Shown: positions 41,272 to 55,940, counted from the stretch's first letter. The stretch: DNA of 64,000 nucleotides from Octopus sinensis (GCF_006345805.1 NC_042998.1:44702001-44766000), one strand, 5' to 3'. Numbers and translations are program-made. Notes: generated from the letters alone by a model not told the origin.

Positions 41272-42272
41272 TACGTGGGGTGTTCATTAAATATTTCATC
41301 TGATCCAATTTCAGCTATTGCAGGAAACGGAACTTGTACAGGTATAATTATATATGTCTCTGTATGTCATGTTGTAAATTGCAGCTTTCCACAAGGATTT
41401 GCTTGGCTTTTATCACTGCTAAAGTGGACTAAGGTGTTATAATAGACGCAGTTGAATGCAGATCGGTGATCATATTTTTATACCTGAAAGGTCGTACACC
41501 AAAAGAGACTTTCTATGAGATGAAAGAACTTTATGGTGACGATGCACCATCATACGACGTAGTCAAGTACTGACACCGCCAGTTCAAATGTGGTCGGATA
41601 TCGGTGGAAACTGCTCCTATTCCTGGACGACTACATTCCCCCCATTTATGACTACACCATCCATAAAGTGGATGCCGCCATTTTGGAAGATCACCGCAAA
41701 ACTATTCGGCAACTAGCCCAAGAAGTGAAGATAAGTGTAGGGAAACTGATTGACGATCATTTGCACTTGCGGAAGTTGTCTGTACGATGGATTCCCTGGA
41801 TGCTGACACCTTTTCAGAAGCAGGATCGAGTCAATTGCTCCCAGGCTCTTTTGGCAGAGACGTGTGGCATGCTGACCAAAAGAGTCCGCCTCCTCCAAGA
41901 CAACACCCCAGTTCACAATGTGCATTTTACCCAGATGAAAGCACCATCCTGCCAATATGAATTCCTTCCGCTTCTCTTTATTCTCCCGACCTCACACCAT
42001 CTGAATCCCACCCCTTTACAAACATGAAGTCTTTTATAAAGGAGAAGCACTTTTCGGCTGATGATGAACTTATTTCCAAGGTAAAGTCTTGGATCCAGAC
42101 ACAAACCACCGACTTCCACAGGCGAGGTCTTCACAGCTGCATAAAGCGATGGGAGAAATGTTTCACCATTGGTGGTGGCTATATAGAGAAGAACTAATAA
42201 ATATTCCAAGTTTCGTTTATCCCAGTCCTTGGGAAGTGGGTCAGGGGAAATCTTTAATGAACACTCTTTGTA
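41272..42272 (+). mobile_element. Mariner transposon with internal deletion
   Basis: TIRs tacgtggggtgttcattaaatatttc at 41272 and gaaatctttaatgaacactctttgta ending at 42272. Remnants MKELYGDDAPSYDVVK, LRKLSVRWIPWMLT, LLQDNTPVH and KRWEKCFTIGGGYIEK. The first catalytic-D region is missing. Confidence 0.85.
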
Positions 42273-42521
42273 ATCTTCATTTCCAACTTAAAGTGGAGAA
42301 TATGTCGGAATACAGAATACTGCATTATTTAGCTTAAGAGAATGTCCGAGGACTCGTTGGGCATAAAAGCACCTGTAGTTATAATGAAATTATAAACGAT
42401 ATAAATACGAGTGTTTTTTATGTAGCATGAGTCTTTATGAGACATCCTCTCGTGGTAAATAACGCAGTATTATGTGTTCTAACGCAACATCTACGTTATG
42501 TTGGAGTTCAAGATTAACTTT

Positions 42522-42560
<39 letters not shown>

Positions 42561-43063
42561 GTTAAAGACTCCTTTCGATTATGAATAACCATGATATTGC
42601 ACTTAGAAAGTTCCCTTCCGAGGCACAAGTCCGAGTAAGGTTGTTTATGAAAGACCAGCAGTCGCTCATGCATACCAGCCTCCCCTCTCCACGCCACCGA
42701 TGTTACCCAAAGGAAAGGTAAAAGCAGATACATCTTGGCACCAGTGACGTTGCAACTCATTTCTACATGTGAGTGAACTGAAGCAACGGGAAATAAAGTG
42801 TTTTGCTCAAGAACACAACACACAGCCCGGTCCGGGAATCGAACTCACAACCTCCTGATTGTGATCCCGACGCTCGAACCACTAAAACATGCACCTTCAC
42901 ACGCACATATATACGTGTGTGTGTGTGAATCACACAAGTCAGCACACGCAATCAAAACAAGGGGAAGAAAATATTACTATCAAAGGAACCGAAACATACT
43001 TTTATTTAGGCTAGAAAAGCTCCCCAAACTGTGACTGTTAATGAGACGGTTGTGACAATTCAG

Positions 43064-43293
43064 GCGGCGAGCTGGCAGAAACGTTAGCACGCTGGGCGAA
43101 ATGCTTAGCGGTATTTCATCTGCCGTTACGTTCTGAGTTCAAATTCCGCCGAGGTCGACTTTGCCTTTCATCCTTCCGGGGTCGATAAATTAAGTACCAG
43201 TTACGCACTGGGGTCGATGTAATCGACTTAATACCTATGTTTGTCCTTGTTTGTCCCCTCTATGTTTAGCCCCTTGTGGGTAATACAGAAATA
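43064..43293 (+). mobile_element. SINE family A monomer with 16-bp target-site duplication
   Basis: Duplication ggttgtgacaattcag at 43048-43063 and 43294-43309. Confidence 0.9.
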
Positions 43294-44127
43294 GGTTGTG
43301 ACAATTCAGTATGATAATGTCTTATTCGGAATTCCTACAACTGCCTGCAGTTTGTGATGTCCTTTTTTATTTCGCCTAAATAGAATAGTGTCCGGATGTA
43401 CGAGCTTACACACATACACACACATATACATGTATATAAGCATATATTTCCATGTTCCTGATATTTTTTATGTACTCTGTATGTATTCTTGTATGATTAC
43501 ATTTGTACGAGTGGTTATGAGTTTATCTCGTTTACATGAAATGGTGATGTTATTAAATTAGACATCTTGATGATGGTTGAAAACTATCTTAGTTTACGTA
43601 AAGAATAACAAAACATTTCAACATCGTATATTATTGATATTTTGAAGTAAATACAATATTAGTTATTTTTTTCCCCACGTTTGTTTATTACAATTTACGT
43701 TTTCTATCGTTTGGTTGCTGGCTTCAGGCATATCGGTCCGTTTTTAATAATCAAATAAAGTTTGGCGTTTTATTCACGTATTCAAGCATAATGCATTTAT
43801 CGCATAGTGAGGGAGAATCTATTTTTTAAACATTTTCTATCGTTGTTGTGTTCGATTACGAGGACAAAATCTTTCGCTCAAAACCTGTCTAAGGTAACCA
43901 GTTAGATATTTTCATGTTTAGAGTAGATTTTATGCCGTTTTACTACTTCCTGTGATCGGGCCTTCGTACAGGCCTGATAACTGACTCTTCTAGAAACTGC
44001 AACTAAATCTATCAGAATATTTCTCCATTTTCTGTTTTCTTTACATGTATATATATATATATAAATGTATGTATATGTATACACGATATTTACACATATA
44101 TACATACATATGTATGTATATATATAT

Positions 44128-44161
<34 letters not shown>

Positions 44162-44164
44162 CAC

Positions 44165-44285
<121 letters not shown>

Positions 44286-45540
44286 AGACATTCGTCAGTA
44301 AGGAGTTATAGTAGAAGAGACTTGCTCAAGAAGGTCCTGCGCAATGGGATTGAACCCGAAGCCACTTGGTTGCAAAGTGAGCTTCTTAAATACACAGTTA
44401 TGCCTGCACTATGCTCTTGGAGAATAGTTTTGTATTTCACTGTAAGGTCATAATAATGATGAAACCTGTCTGGAGTTGTTCCCCATGCTTGATGAATAAT
44501 TAGAATAATTGGGTGATATTATTAGATTAAGTAGATTCATCATGCAGGAACCAAATTTGCCGGTCAGCGTAGGTAAGATAAAGTATCATTCCAGTACTGG
44601 GATCGATTTAAACTACTCACTACCTCCTTTCATAATTGCTGGCCTTGTGCATAAATCAGAAATACTTATTAGAGTGAATACTCTTCTTAATGTCCGCTCC
44701 ATTAAACATGTGAACTCAAATATTAGAATTACAAAAAGAAAATCTAGCACACTCCATTTATAATAAAACAAAATATTTTGTTGTCTTTATAATATTTTTA
44801 AACATTCTAAAATTTTCCTGCAAGAATAGAAATATTTCCTTCCATCTGGCTTGTAAATTGTCCAATCATGAATAATTCTGTAGAAGATATAAAACTACCC
44901 GTTACCATAACAAGGCTCATAACATAAGATTCTACATGTCGCCCAGAAATCGAACCCTTGAATGCAATCCCCAGCGAGCTAATTACTGCCATCATAAAAT
45001 ATTTCCAGTTTCCAAGGACTCTTGGATTTTACCCGTTAATCCATTACAATAATTGGAATTACTATAAATACCGACCTTAAATTTATTGAATATCTCCAAG
45101 GTCTTGTTTCAGAAGCTTATATCACTCCCACGAAACATATCTATAAATTTTTAGCCAATATTTTTATGTATAGAGAGAAATTGGTTATATGGTTAACAAG
45201 CTCATTAGTCAATCATGTGGTTTGGGGCTCAGTCCTACAATGTAACGCCTTGGCAAGGATCTTCTACTATAAACTAGAGTTAAACATTGCCTTACGATGG
45301 TAAACGGAAACTGTATGGGAGACTGCCGTATACGGTAGTCTTCCACACAGCATTGTTCAACTCGGGTTTATAGTAGAACATATATGTATACATACAGCGT
45401 GTGTTTTGTGTCTGCTTTTGTTTTCTCCAATGCTTGACAACCGGTGTTGTTTTGTTAATGGCTACGCAATTTGGCAAAAAATACCAGTAGAGTAATTACT
45501 AGATCCAAAATAAGTTCTAGGTCGACTTATTTGTCTAAAC

Positions 45541-45738
45541 CAGGGGTGGGCAAACTACGGCCCGCCATAGGTTTTCATGCGGCCCGCCGAGAGCTTTTAT
45601 GAATCCCAACTTCTATGCAGATACTTCGTAACTGTACGGTAATTCACAATATTTTCACTTGATTTTTATAAATGAGGCCCGCCAAGATTCCAAAGACGCA
45701 CTGTGCGGCCCGCGATCAAAAAAGTTTGCCCACCCCTG
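45541..45738. mobile_element. hAT (Charlie-like) MITE, 198 bp, nested in a family B SINE
   Basis: TIRs caggggtgggcaaact and agtttgcccacccctg. 8-bp duplication gtctaaac at 45533-45540 and 45739-45746. Confidence 0.92.
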
Positions 45739-45992
45739 GTCTAAACCCTTCAAGATGGTACCCGACCATGGCTGCCATTCAGTAGCTGAAACTAGTAAAA
45801 AAAAAAACAACCTTGTTTTTATACAAAGCATCAGCCGGACTAGTTTCACTTCTCTGTTAAAATTTCATCAGTGATAAAGTTCCCTCTTTAACTGGGGAAC
45901 CATAACAACAACAACAACAACAGAGACAATAACATATCTCCCGTCCTTTTTCGCGTGCGAGCGTGTGCCTATGTGTGTGTGTGTTTGTGTGC

Positions 45993-46089
<97 letters not shown>

Positions 46090-47660
46090 AGGGCTCAGGA
46101 AACAGAACTCCGGTATTCACATTTTATACAAACTTATTTAAATTCTCTGTCTTCATTAATTCATTGTTTGCCAAGACAGACTACTGTCAGTTTCAAAAGA
46201 ATATGGTGATATTTTGAGTTCGTTTATTTGCTTTCAATTACATATTTTAATAGTATATCGATGAAGATAAACAATTACTAATCTGTCGTATAATCGACGG
46301 ACTGTGTCAGACAAACATTAGTTTCACGAGGGAAAACAAATTAGTCTCTGTTTAGACATTAGTTTTGAAAGTGCCTAAAGAGAAATTGTTAAGTATGTGT
46401 GTAAGCAAATGCGTGTGCGTGCGTGCATGTATGCGAGAATGTGTATGCATGTGTGTGTGTGTGTATGTGTGTGTATTAGTATTTTATAATATATACGTAT
46501 ATGCACACACATACTTTCAAACATAGATACATATTTGCATTCATATATATTTATATATATGTGTGAGAGTAGGAGTGTTTTTATATATGTATGTATATAT
46601 GTATAGGATTACAGTTATGCTGACGCACGAACTTAGGTTTTAGTTGACCATATAGGTCGTAGAACTTATTTCAATCCAGCAATTATTATAACGACTTTTT
46701 ATTTATCAAATAGTCAAGTTGTCTGCTGCCGAAAAGAATAGAGCTAGAAGTACCAATTTTCTGAATGATGTCCTTTAGAAATTAGCAATCAATTGACTGT
46801 CTCAAAGAAAAATGTGGTAATTTCAAGAAATTCATAATTTTGTTGGCAGATAATTTAATATTTAGGATAACCGATGGGGTGCACAAAGAACAGGGAGAAT
46901 ACGAACAATAATGCATCGATTCATTCTCAATACATTCTGGCACATTCGAACGTCAATAACTGATCGCTGGTGGTTCTCGTCATTGGAGATTTTATCCTGT
47001 TAGACGATGTGTGTACATAACACGCATCAACAAAAAATTTGTTTGCTGGTATCCATAAATAAGAAACTGTACACTTCTTAGCTTCATTTATCCAGTGGTG
47101 TAGCGTTAACTGAAAAGACACACAGTAAGGCCGTAATACTTAAATACCCCAAAGTCCCATTACTGACAGTTTAATGACGGTTGCTTCTGATAGGACCCAA
47201 TAGAAAGGTACCTAAAGATCCTACAAAAACTACCCTCTGCCCGCCCACTATCACCGAGATAGTGGACGGAGGGAATGCATGGAAGTATGTATGTATGTAT
47301 GCATGTATGTATATATGCATGTATGTATATGTACGTATGAGTGTCTTGTTCATACGTAACTTGCAGTGAGTAAAACGTTTCGTTAGACCTATTGAAGGAT
47401 ATTCGTCATGATGTAAATATGGACCCCAGTACTCAACTAGTACTTATTTTATCGACCCTAAAGGATGAATGGCAAAGTCGATCTCGGCGGAATTTGAAAT
47501 CTGAACGTGAAGACGGACGAAATGCCGCCAAGCATTTCGCCCCACCTGCTAAGTATACTGCCAGCTCGCTACCGTATAAGCAGAATAATATTAAAATATT
47601 ACGGATATGTACTGACATAGCAAGAGACCTGATCTGAGATCGTGTGCTGGAACGAAAACA

Positions 47661-47852
47661 ATTGCAGTGTGGAAGGTTTTTGTAAGCCATTTAAGAAACA
47701 CACAAAAACCGTTAAATTCACTTCAATATTTACATATAATTTACCAAAATATTTTCGTCGCTTTGAGACCGCGACCTGTTCACTGTTGAAGTGAATCTAA
47801 CTGTTTTTGTTTTGTTTCTTAAATGGCTTATAAACACCTTCCACGCTGCAAT
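47661..47852. repeat. Foldback element with arms of about 66 bp; spacer holds a hammerhead-like core on the minus strand
   Basis: Arms at 47661-47726 and 47786-47852. Spacer on the minus strand reads CA-GUGAACA-G-GUCGC-GGUCUCAAA-GCGAC-GAAA-AUAU-UU-UG. Confidence 0.75.
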
Positions 47853-48045
47853 ATTAAAATAATCGTTTTGAATTTTGGGTTAAATGATTTAGTCTCAATC
47901 TGTGATTATTTGTGTACATCATCCTTATTTTTTACGTCCCTTCTTTTAATCGTACTAGCAACGAGTTGGATTACGGTGAGAGTGAAAGTCGACATTTGTT
48001 GCAACCTTCGAGTATCTCTCTCGTAAGGTTCAGCATCCTCAGAAC

Positions 48046-48371
48046 AAGTTTCACAAAGTTTTCTACACCGTTATCAGTTTTTCTTTTCTGCAGAATATTT
48101 CTTTTGTTTGATTCTTCTTTCTCCAGCTGTTATCTTGGTGTGTATAATGTGTCCGTGTCGACGCAGTAGTTTTTCTTGTACACTATGTTACCTTTAAAAA
48201 TCTTTTCAAAGGGAAGTAAATTGCAATAATCAACATTAGTTTACAAGAATATTAATTTGATATATGTTGAGGGACTTTTTGTCTTAAGATATTTCTTCAA
48301 GATATTTATGGCTAATTAACTAAACGTATTGGTCTACTGATTCTCTGGTTGAATACAGATAATGTGTATTT
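48046..48371 (+). repeat. Near-identical direct repeat, partner at 50086-50397
   Basis: About 320 bp alignable with few substitutions and one short indel (aagatatttcttcaagatattt versus aagatattt). Confidence 0.9.
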
Positions 48372-51300
48372 TTTTTCTAACATAAATAGGAACCCTATGG
48401 AAATTAAGGATGCAAATACAATGAAAATAAATGCTGTCAATATCTTCACGATTCAAGGGAGTATTATTTCTGGTGTTGTGACAATTAGTTTTAGAAAGCA
48501 GTCATCCAAACAACTATTGAAATTTTAAATAATGACAAACAAATCATCTTTGACAGGTCTTTGAAATAAAGTATATATTTTTATTTAAATTTCATAATAG
48601 GTTTCTATCAAACCAACATGCTGTAAAGAGATGCAAACCCAGTTTAGCTGATAGATTGATCGATTGTGCATCAGAGTATAGCTGTTTAATCATATCTGTC
48701 AAAATTGTGACTACGTTTTGTATCCTAATTTATCTAGAGAATGCTATTGGAGTTGAAACGTTCATCATATGCCGAAATCTAGAACTTCTTCAAGTGGTCA
48801 GATTGTGGTAGAAAAAAAAATGTAACCTTATAATAATAAAAATTTTCAAAATCTGAATATTTATTTTCGCGTCATTGGTATAATGCTAGGTTCCTTTAAA
48901 TCTTCAACCTATTCACATGTGGGGTATAGTATTTGAACAAGCATTGATAATAAATTAGTGATTAAAATTCGGAAAAGATAATGTGTAGGAAATGTTTCAT
49001 AAATAGATGCTTCCTGATCGGATTATGACATAATATTCCTCAGTTCTTCGTAGATTGTAGAAATAAATCCGTCGTTTAGTTTGGTGTTGTAATTCATAAA
49101 ACGATTTATCAAACCTAACAAGTTTTAAATGTGTTGGCTTCAGTAGTTGTATTATGGAATAATGGACGGTAGAACTCTAACTCTATCAAAGATTTCGCTT
49201 TTCCTCTTTATAACCGAAATGCTAATGTAAATTTTTTTATGCTTTTCCGATAACGCTCATAGAACATAAAAACTGTATAAAGGAGCATTTTTTTTTCATT
49301 AACGTCGCTCGTGTGAAACCATACTTATAGTTTTCATCTTGTACTTTGCAAATTGAATAAATTTGGTATCGGAGAATATACTGACATGAATTTACATATC
49401 TGTCTGTGTGTTTATGCGTTTGCGTGCGTGTGTGCATATATAAACTCTAAAACATATATTGCATACGCTTTCTCGCCTTTTCACATGCCAAATTATGTGC
49501 ATATATATATATACATGCATACATATATATACATACATACATACATACATACATACATACATACATGTATGTATGTATGTATGTATGTATATGTATATGT
49601 ATATATATATGTATGTATACACACACACACACACAGATATATATATATATATATATAGTAGGGTTTATCCGGTTGAAGGTGATGATGATGAGGAGGAGGA
49701 GGAGAGGATGGTGGTGGTGGTGGTGGTGGTGGTAATATGCATCGATTGCATATTCAGAGATTATTGGGAAATAACGAAAATAGTTTAGGCATATGAAATC
49801 TCTATAAAATATATTATTTGTAATTTGTCTTCCAAATTTGTAGTAGACTCATATACAATATTGTAGGCTTAACTGGTGATTCTGTAATTGCTACAGCTAC
49901 ACGTATACTGAAGTCTACAGAGTGGGGTCTAATAAAAGCAAGACGTATCCGAATTTATTTTATGTATTTCTCAAAATGATCCAGTAGGGCGCTAACCTTG
50001 TCTTACGAGACACGTAAATATTTCTAATTAGATTTTTTGTTAACATTAAGTATGTTAATACTAAATTTACGTTTCCCGTGCGGATAAGTTTCACAAAGTT
50101 TTCTACACCGTTATCAGTTTTTCTTTCCTGCAGAATCTTTCTTTTGTTTGATTCTTCTTTCTCCAGCTGTTATTTTTGTGTGTATAATGTGTCCGTGTCG
50201 ACGCAGTAGCTTTTTTGTACACTATGTTACGTTTAAAAATCTTTTCAAATTGAAGTAAATTGCAATAATCAACATTAGTTTACAAGAATATTAATTTGAT
50301 ATATGTTGAGGGACTTTTTGTCTTAAGATATTTATGGCTGATTAACTAAACGTATTGGTCTACTGATTCTCTGGTTGAATACAGATAATGTGTATTTACT
50401 TGTCTCCAAGTATTTAACATTTGCGATCTATTAATGTCTTTACATTATGCTAATTCTTTACGCCCACTAGTGAACAATGTTCTACGTCTGATTCGTAATA
50501 TTTACGTCACTACTTCGGCAAGTACAATAATATTTATGGCTCGTTGAGGATTTCTTATAACTCAGGAAATGTCCAGAGTTCACCGTCACCCGGTTATCAT
50601 ATTTTCCGAACCAAAATGACAAAAAAAGTGTCATAAAATTTATACAATATAGAAATTTCAAAAAATATTGTATTTACAAATACACTTACTTATTTCCAAT
50701 TTAAAAAATTAATTTGAAAATTAACATAATATTCCCCGAGCAGATATTAGCCAAATTTCAGAGGAAAACATGAAGGTTTTAATAGCTGTATTTTCAAGTA
50801 ATTTTATTAAGGTTCACTGAATGCCAGTGACACAGAGTTGGCTCTTTGCTTTACCAAAGCATTTTTCGCAATTTTGTATTGAAATTTTTCATCATTTCAC
50901 ACAAAGTACAAGAAAATTTATCTAAATGCATGTCTTCACAAAGCATTGAGAAAACAACTCTGACATTATTTTATAAAATGTCTGGTGCCCTCACACAATC
51001 CTCGGCCTCTGCCCACATGGCACAACAAGCTATAATAGGACGATAGATTAAGAGAGAATATGAGATAAGGCAGAAGAAATTTTATCCCTACACACTTTGT
51101 GTGTGTTTGTATGTGTGTGTGTGTGTGTGATATGTGTGCGATATGTGTGCGAGTGTATTCGATATGTATGCGGTTGCGTACGCGTGATGTGTGTGTTTTA
51201 AAATAATTATTAGAATTCTTCCTTCTAGGCAGATGTATTTCTTATTTCTTTATTGCCTACAAGGGGCTAAACATAGAGGGGACAAACAAGAACAGACAAA

Positions 51301-51739
51301 GGGATTAAGTCGATTACATCGACCTCAGTGCGTAAGTGGTACTTAATTTATCGACCCCGAAAGAATGAAAGGCAAAGTCGACCTCGGCGGAATTTGAACT
51401 CAGAACGTAACGGCAGACGAAATACATATTTCTTTACTACCCACAAGGAATTTGAACTCAGAACGTAGAGACAGACGAAATACCCGCTAAGCATTTCACC
51501 CGGCGTGCTAACATTTCTGCCAGCTCGCCGCCTTAGAAACACAAGGAAGATGTGTTTCTAAGAAAGAAACACTTACGCGTTGTTGGAATTTGAATAATAA
51601 CGTTAAGTTTTACAGGTGGAACTTTAGAAAAATCTTACATACTTTTACTATTCTACTTACAAGTTAACTTTGTAGAACACGTATTAGTGGCATTTTTTTT
51701 TTTTTTTGAAAATCCTAGTTACTAATATCTATGAAACCT

Positions 51740-52150
51740 GATCAAGAAATACCAATAATTATTTGTATGAATGTGAATTTATAATCAGGGAACAAAAGCT
51801 TCAAGTTTCGAAACATTTGTCCAGAGCTGAAATCTCCTCCTCTCAGATTTTGGAAGAGATATTCCACAACCACAGGGCAGCTGACCTAATTAGATACCAT
51901 TATTCTTTTATTCCTAAAATCGCTACATCAGACATGTTATGGATGCGCATGTTAAAAGTGCTGGAGAAAATGTTCCACCAATATTTCTTTTGTGTTGATA
52001 TATATGTATTCTCTAACAGAGATGTTGTCAATATTTATCCCGAGGCAGCATTTCTTACAGATGGCTTATCTTTTCAGCAACATCGCATTGAGGATAATAT
52101 TTTGACAGAAGCTGATCGCATGTGTAATTCTTCAATAGAGGAGTGATATA
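51740..52150 (-). pseudogene. REL-endonuclease non-LTR fragment (R4/NeSL-like)
   Basis: Minus frames give KKYWWNIFSSTF..HNMSDVAI..VSCP..NLKLLFPDYKFTFIQIIIG, matching the YWWN..HNRPDI..EVSCP..LQLLYP..IIIG pattern. A similar, weaker remnant lies near 37380-37760. Confidence 0.5.
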
Positions 52151-52664
52151 AATGATATTTACATTCAAAGCTTGGGAGTTCAAGTGCTACACATTTGCTT
52201 TTCATCATATTTATGTGCGAAAGAATAAAAACAGTGGGTAGAGAATTAACAACAATCAGTTGTACGTCAGATACAATGACTATAAGTGTGTGTGTCTGTG
52301 TGTGTAGATAGATAGATGTAAACCTACGTAGTAGGCATACAAAGATGGCAGATTTTTCTCTTTCACAGCAAACTGAAAAAATTGTGAGCAGTTAATTTTC
52401 GCCCCTTTTGGGAATCACATCAGAGATATCTACATCACTTGACGAATCCCAGGGAACAAGCAACCAATCTGTTTAAATACTCGATAAATTCAGTAGCTTC
52501 AGAAAACTAGGGCAACTAATTTGCATATAATAAATATTTAACACTTTTATTTAATACTATGGTATGTGTGCGTGCGAGTGTGCGTATGTATGTGTGTTTC
52601 TCTGTGTGGTGTGTGTGCGTGTGTGTGTATTACATGTATGCTTAGTTATATACATAAATAATGT

Positions 52665-53085
52665 ATCTCTAAAGAACTGGAGAGAATTTTCGTATATGAA
52701 AATCTGGAGAAAGAGTTTGCAAGAATGCAACTTTGAAATTGAAAGCTATGCCATTCACCGAACTGGACGGCACTGTCTAATACCAAAGACCCCGTCTTCT
52801 CCATCTCGAATAATGAACCAGAACTGCAACAGTTTGTGTTTCAAGGAACCGCAACTCATCAACATCCTGCCAAACAACCCCAGAGATTTGCGTGGTGTAC
52901 CTGTGGAAATCTTCAAAAAGCAACTGGGAAAAATTTCGATCTGAAATCCGAGATGAACCCACATCGCGGCAGTAGACAAAATGAAGAACAGCTCCCTCCA
53001 ACTCGCTTCTTCACCAAAAACAGTACAGAACGGAAACCCAAACACACTGAAAGGCTGTACTCCAGCATGGCCCCGGCCTTTAGCT
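52665..53085 (+). pseudogene. 3' end of a CR1-group LINE ORF
   Basis: KIWRKSLQECNFEIESYAIHRTGRHCLIPKTPSSPSR..NSLCFKEPQLINILPNNPRDLRGVPVEIFKKQL resembles the CR1-group C-terminal GPRLFNxLP..FKKxLD region. Confidence 0.65.
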
Positions 53086-53754
53086 GAAACCTGTAAGACA
53101 AAAATAAAAGTAAAAAGAACGGGAAATATAACCAATCCCTACGTGCCTTGATAATAGGTGCCTTGAAAATCAATTAAGGCATGTAGGCAAATAAGTAACC
53201 AAAACGCTGACACTGTCAAAAATGCTCCAGAATACAGAATTTAGCATTAGTATGTTTTGCAAACATATTATGCAGAGTATTTTCGATATGATAGAAAAAA
53301 TAAAATTAAAATAAAAGACTGCAACTATTTAAAGCATACAGATCTGATTAAGTGGGACAGCGAAGGCTTGCAAGAAATAAAAAAAAGGCTTCTGGAATAT
53401 AACAAGAAACAATAAAAATTGATGGATTTCTGTACGGACATAAAGACTCACTCTGAAATTAAAGTGAACGATAAAATATAAATGGAACACTGTAAATGCA
53501 AACGTGGCTATCGCAATAACTGAAAATATATGGAAACATCAATATCAAGGGAATAAACGAAATATTTCATATAGTTAGAAGGAAAGTTTGAACTATCTCA
53601 GACCTTTGCGTATAGGATTATCAAGATCTAGATACGAAAAGAAGAAAACAAACATGCAGAAACAAAAACAAATACATACATAGACATCCGCACACGCGCA
53701 CACACACATTTACACACATACATACATATATATATACATACATATATATCTATA

Positions 53755-53788
<34 letters not shown>

Positions 53789-53837
53789 TACATGCATGTA
53801 TATACATATATACACATACATATCCATATATATATAA

Positions 53838-53877
<40 letters not shown>

Positions 53878-54522
53878 ATGTATATATTTTATATATACAT
53901 ATATAAGGAGATATCTCCCAATCTTATATAAAATCAACAACATAAAGACAGAAATAAGATGAGAGGAAAGAGATCGAATGATACATCATCAGAAATATGG
54001 AATAACAAGAGAAAAATTGATACCCAAATCTAAACAGCGCCTGGCACAAATGGGCTTCGCAAAGCCTCATGTAATCCATAATTATGGGAAGGGACAGCTA
54101 TTCTTTTAACAAAATGGGCGTTACATTAAATGGAAAACACGGGGCTTCGTGTTCTCTGGTTATTTTGGTGGAAATATTTACACAGTCACACAGAAAATGC
54201 TGACGAAGTATCTAAGGATTTCCCAAGATTTGAGAAACAATACATGAAAGCACTACGTGAAAACTTAAGTTTCCAGATGAAAGAAACCGTAAGTTCCATC
54301 CGATGACCCTATGACCCCATAATTTACCCGCCCACAAGAAATAACGCAATATCAAAAACTAACTCCGTTCTAGAACAATGGAAGCTATACTACAAAGTCT
54401 TTTATGGTTGTAAAGATTAGTAACTAATCAACTATGTTTATCTTTTACTATAGCCCAGAGTGGACCATGACTTGCGAGAGAATTTTGTTAGCAGAAACTT
54501 CGTGGAAGCCAACAGTATAGGC

Positions 54523-54572
<50 letters not shown>

Positions 54573-55940
54573 TTGCTATTATGCAAAGGTGTAGTAAGGT
54601 CAAAACGTTACTTTTTCAGAAAATGAAGAATAGTTTCACCATTCCATTCCAAACCGTTGTAGTACACTTTGATAATTTTTGATATATTGACATCTGAAGC
54701 AGCTGGAGATACGATAGTTTGACCAAAAGAACCGGCAATTGCAAGCAAAAATAAATGTAGAAAAACAACGCATTTCGCCAAATATGGACATACGACAGTT
54801 TAACATACTAGCAATGATATACATTCCAGCGCTCTAACGCCTTTGTAACAGTTGTTAAGACTTGTTACTCGGTGTTTTTCCTGGTTTCTGCTCTTTCTTC
54901 GTGTGTGTGAGTGTGTTTCTTTGTTTTTGTGTTTGTCCATCCACTATTGCTTGACAATTGGTGTTGTTTTGTTTACCTCCCTGTAACTTAGCGGTTTAAC
55001 AAAAAGGATCGATAGTCTAAGAATCAGAACTAAAAATAAGAATTGAGGACGATCTATTCAACTAAACTCTTGAAGGAGGTGTCCCAGTATGGCTGCAGTC
55101 CAGTGAGAGAAACTAATAAACAAGAAAAATGTCAATCGAAAATTGTAAGATGGCGAAAGAAAAGTATAAGCACTTATCCACGTGGCTTTTGATAGTGTCA
55201 ACTTATCGTATCTTCTGGAGATATTAGCCATGAGTAGGGTAACTCAAGTGGAGGCGCGTGGCTTAGTTGTTAGGGTGTCAGCACCATGATCGTAAGATTG
55301 TGGTTTCAATTCCTGGACCGGGCGACGCGTTGTGTTCTTGAGCAAAACACGTTGCTCCTGTCCACTCAGCTGGCAAAAATGAGTAACGCTGCGATAGACT
55401 AGCGCCCCGTCCAGCTGGGGAACACATACGCCATAGAAAGCGGGAAACCCGGCCCATGAACCTGGCTAGGCTTTAAAAGGGCGCATTTATTTATTTTTAG
55501 GGTAACTCAAGCAACATGCAAGTATATCGAATATACCATGAAGAGATATCAAACAATTCTACTCACACATCCAAAGAATGCATTATAACAACGAATTCCA
55601 ACACGAATTAGGAAAGAAATCTGCCAAGGGATTCCTTCACTGTGATTCTTTTTCGGCTGCTAATATCTTTTAATTAACGAGCGAAACTAGACAGTACTTG
55701 GAGCCGGTAGATGATTTAATGTTTGATTTGGTTGAGAAAAAAACGCGCCGAGGCAAATTTGACGAGTTGAAAATTAGTAAACTTCCGAACAAAAGATAAA
55801 GAAGCCAGATAATGAAACAGAGATAAAAAGAATTATTAGAAACACAGAGACACACATGCTTAGGAAGAAAATGAAAGAAAAAGTTTACAAAGAGTAATCA
55901 GACGCTTCAGCTAAATGCTTAAAGGAATAAAAAGAAAATA

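Noticed and set aside
51763-52146. 127-aa plus-strand ORF of ordinary composition
   Set aside because: It is antisense to a recognisable REL-endonuclease retroelement remnant and has no motif of its own.
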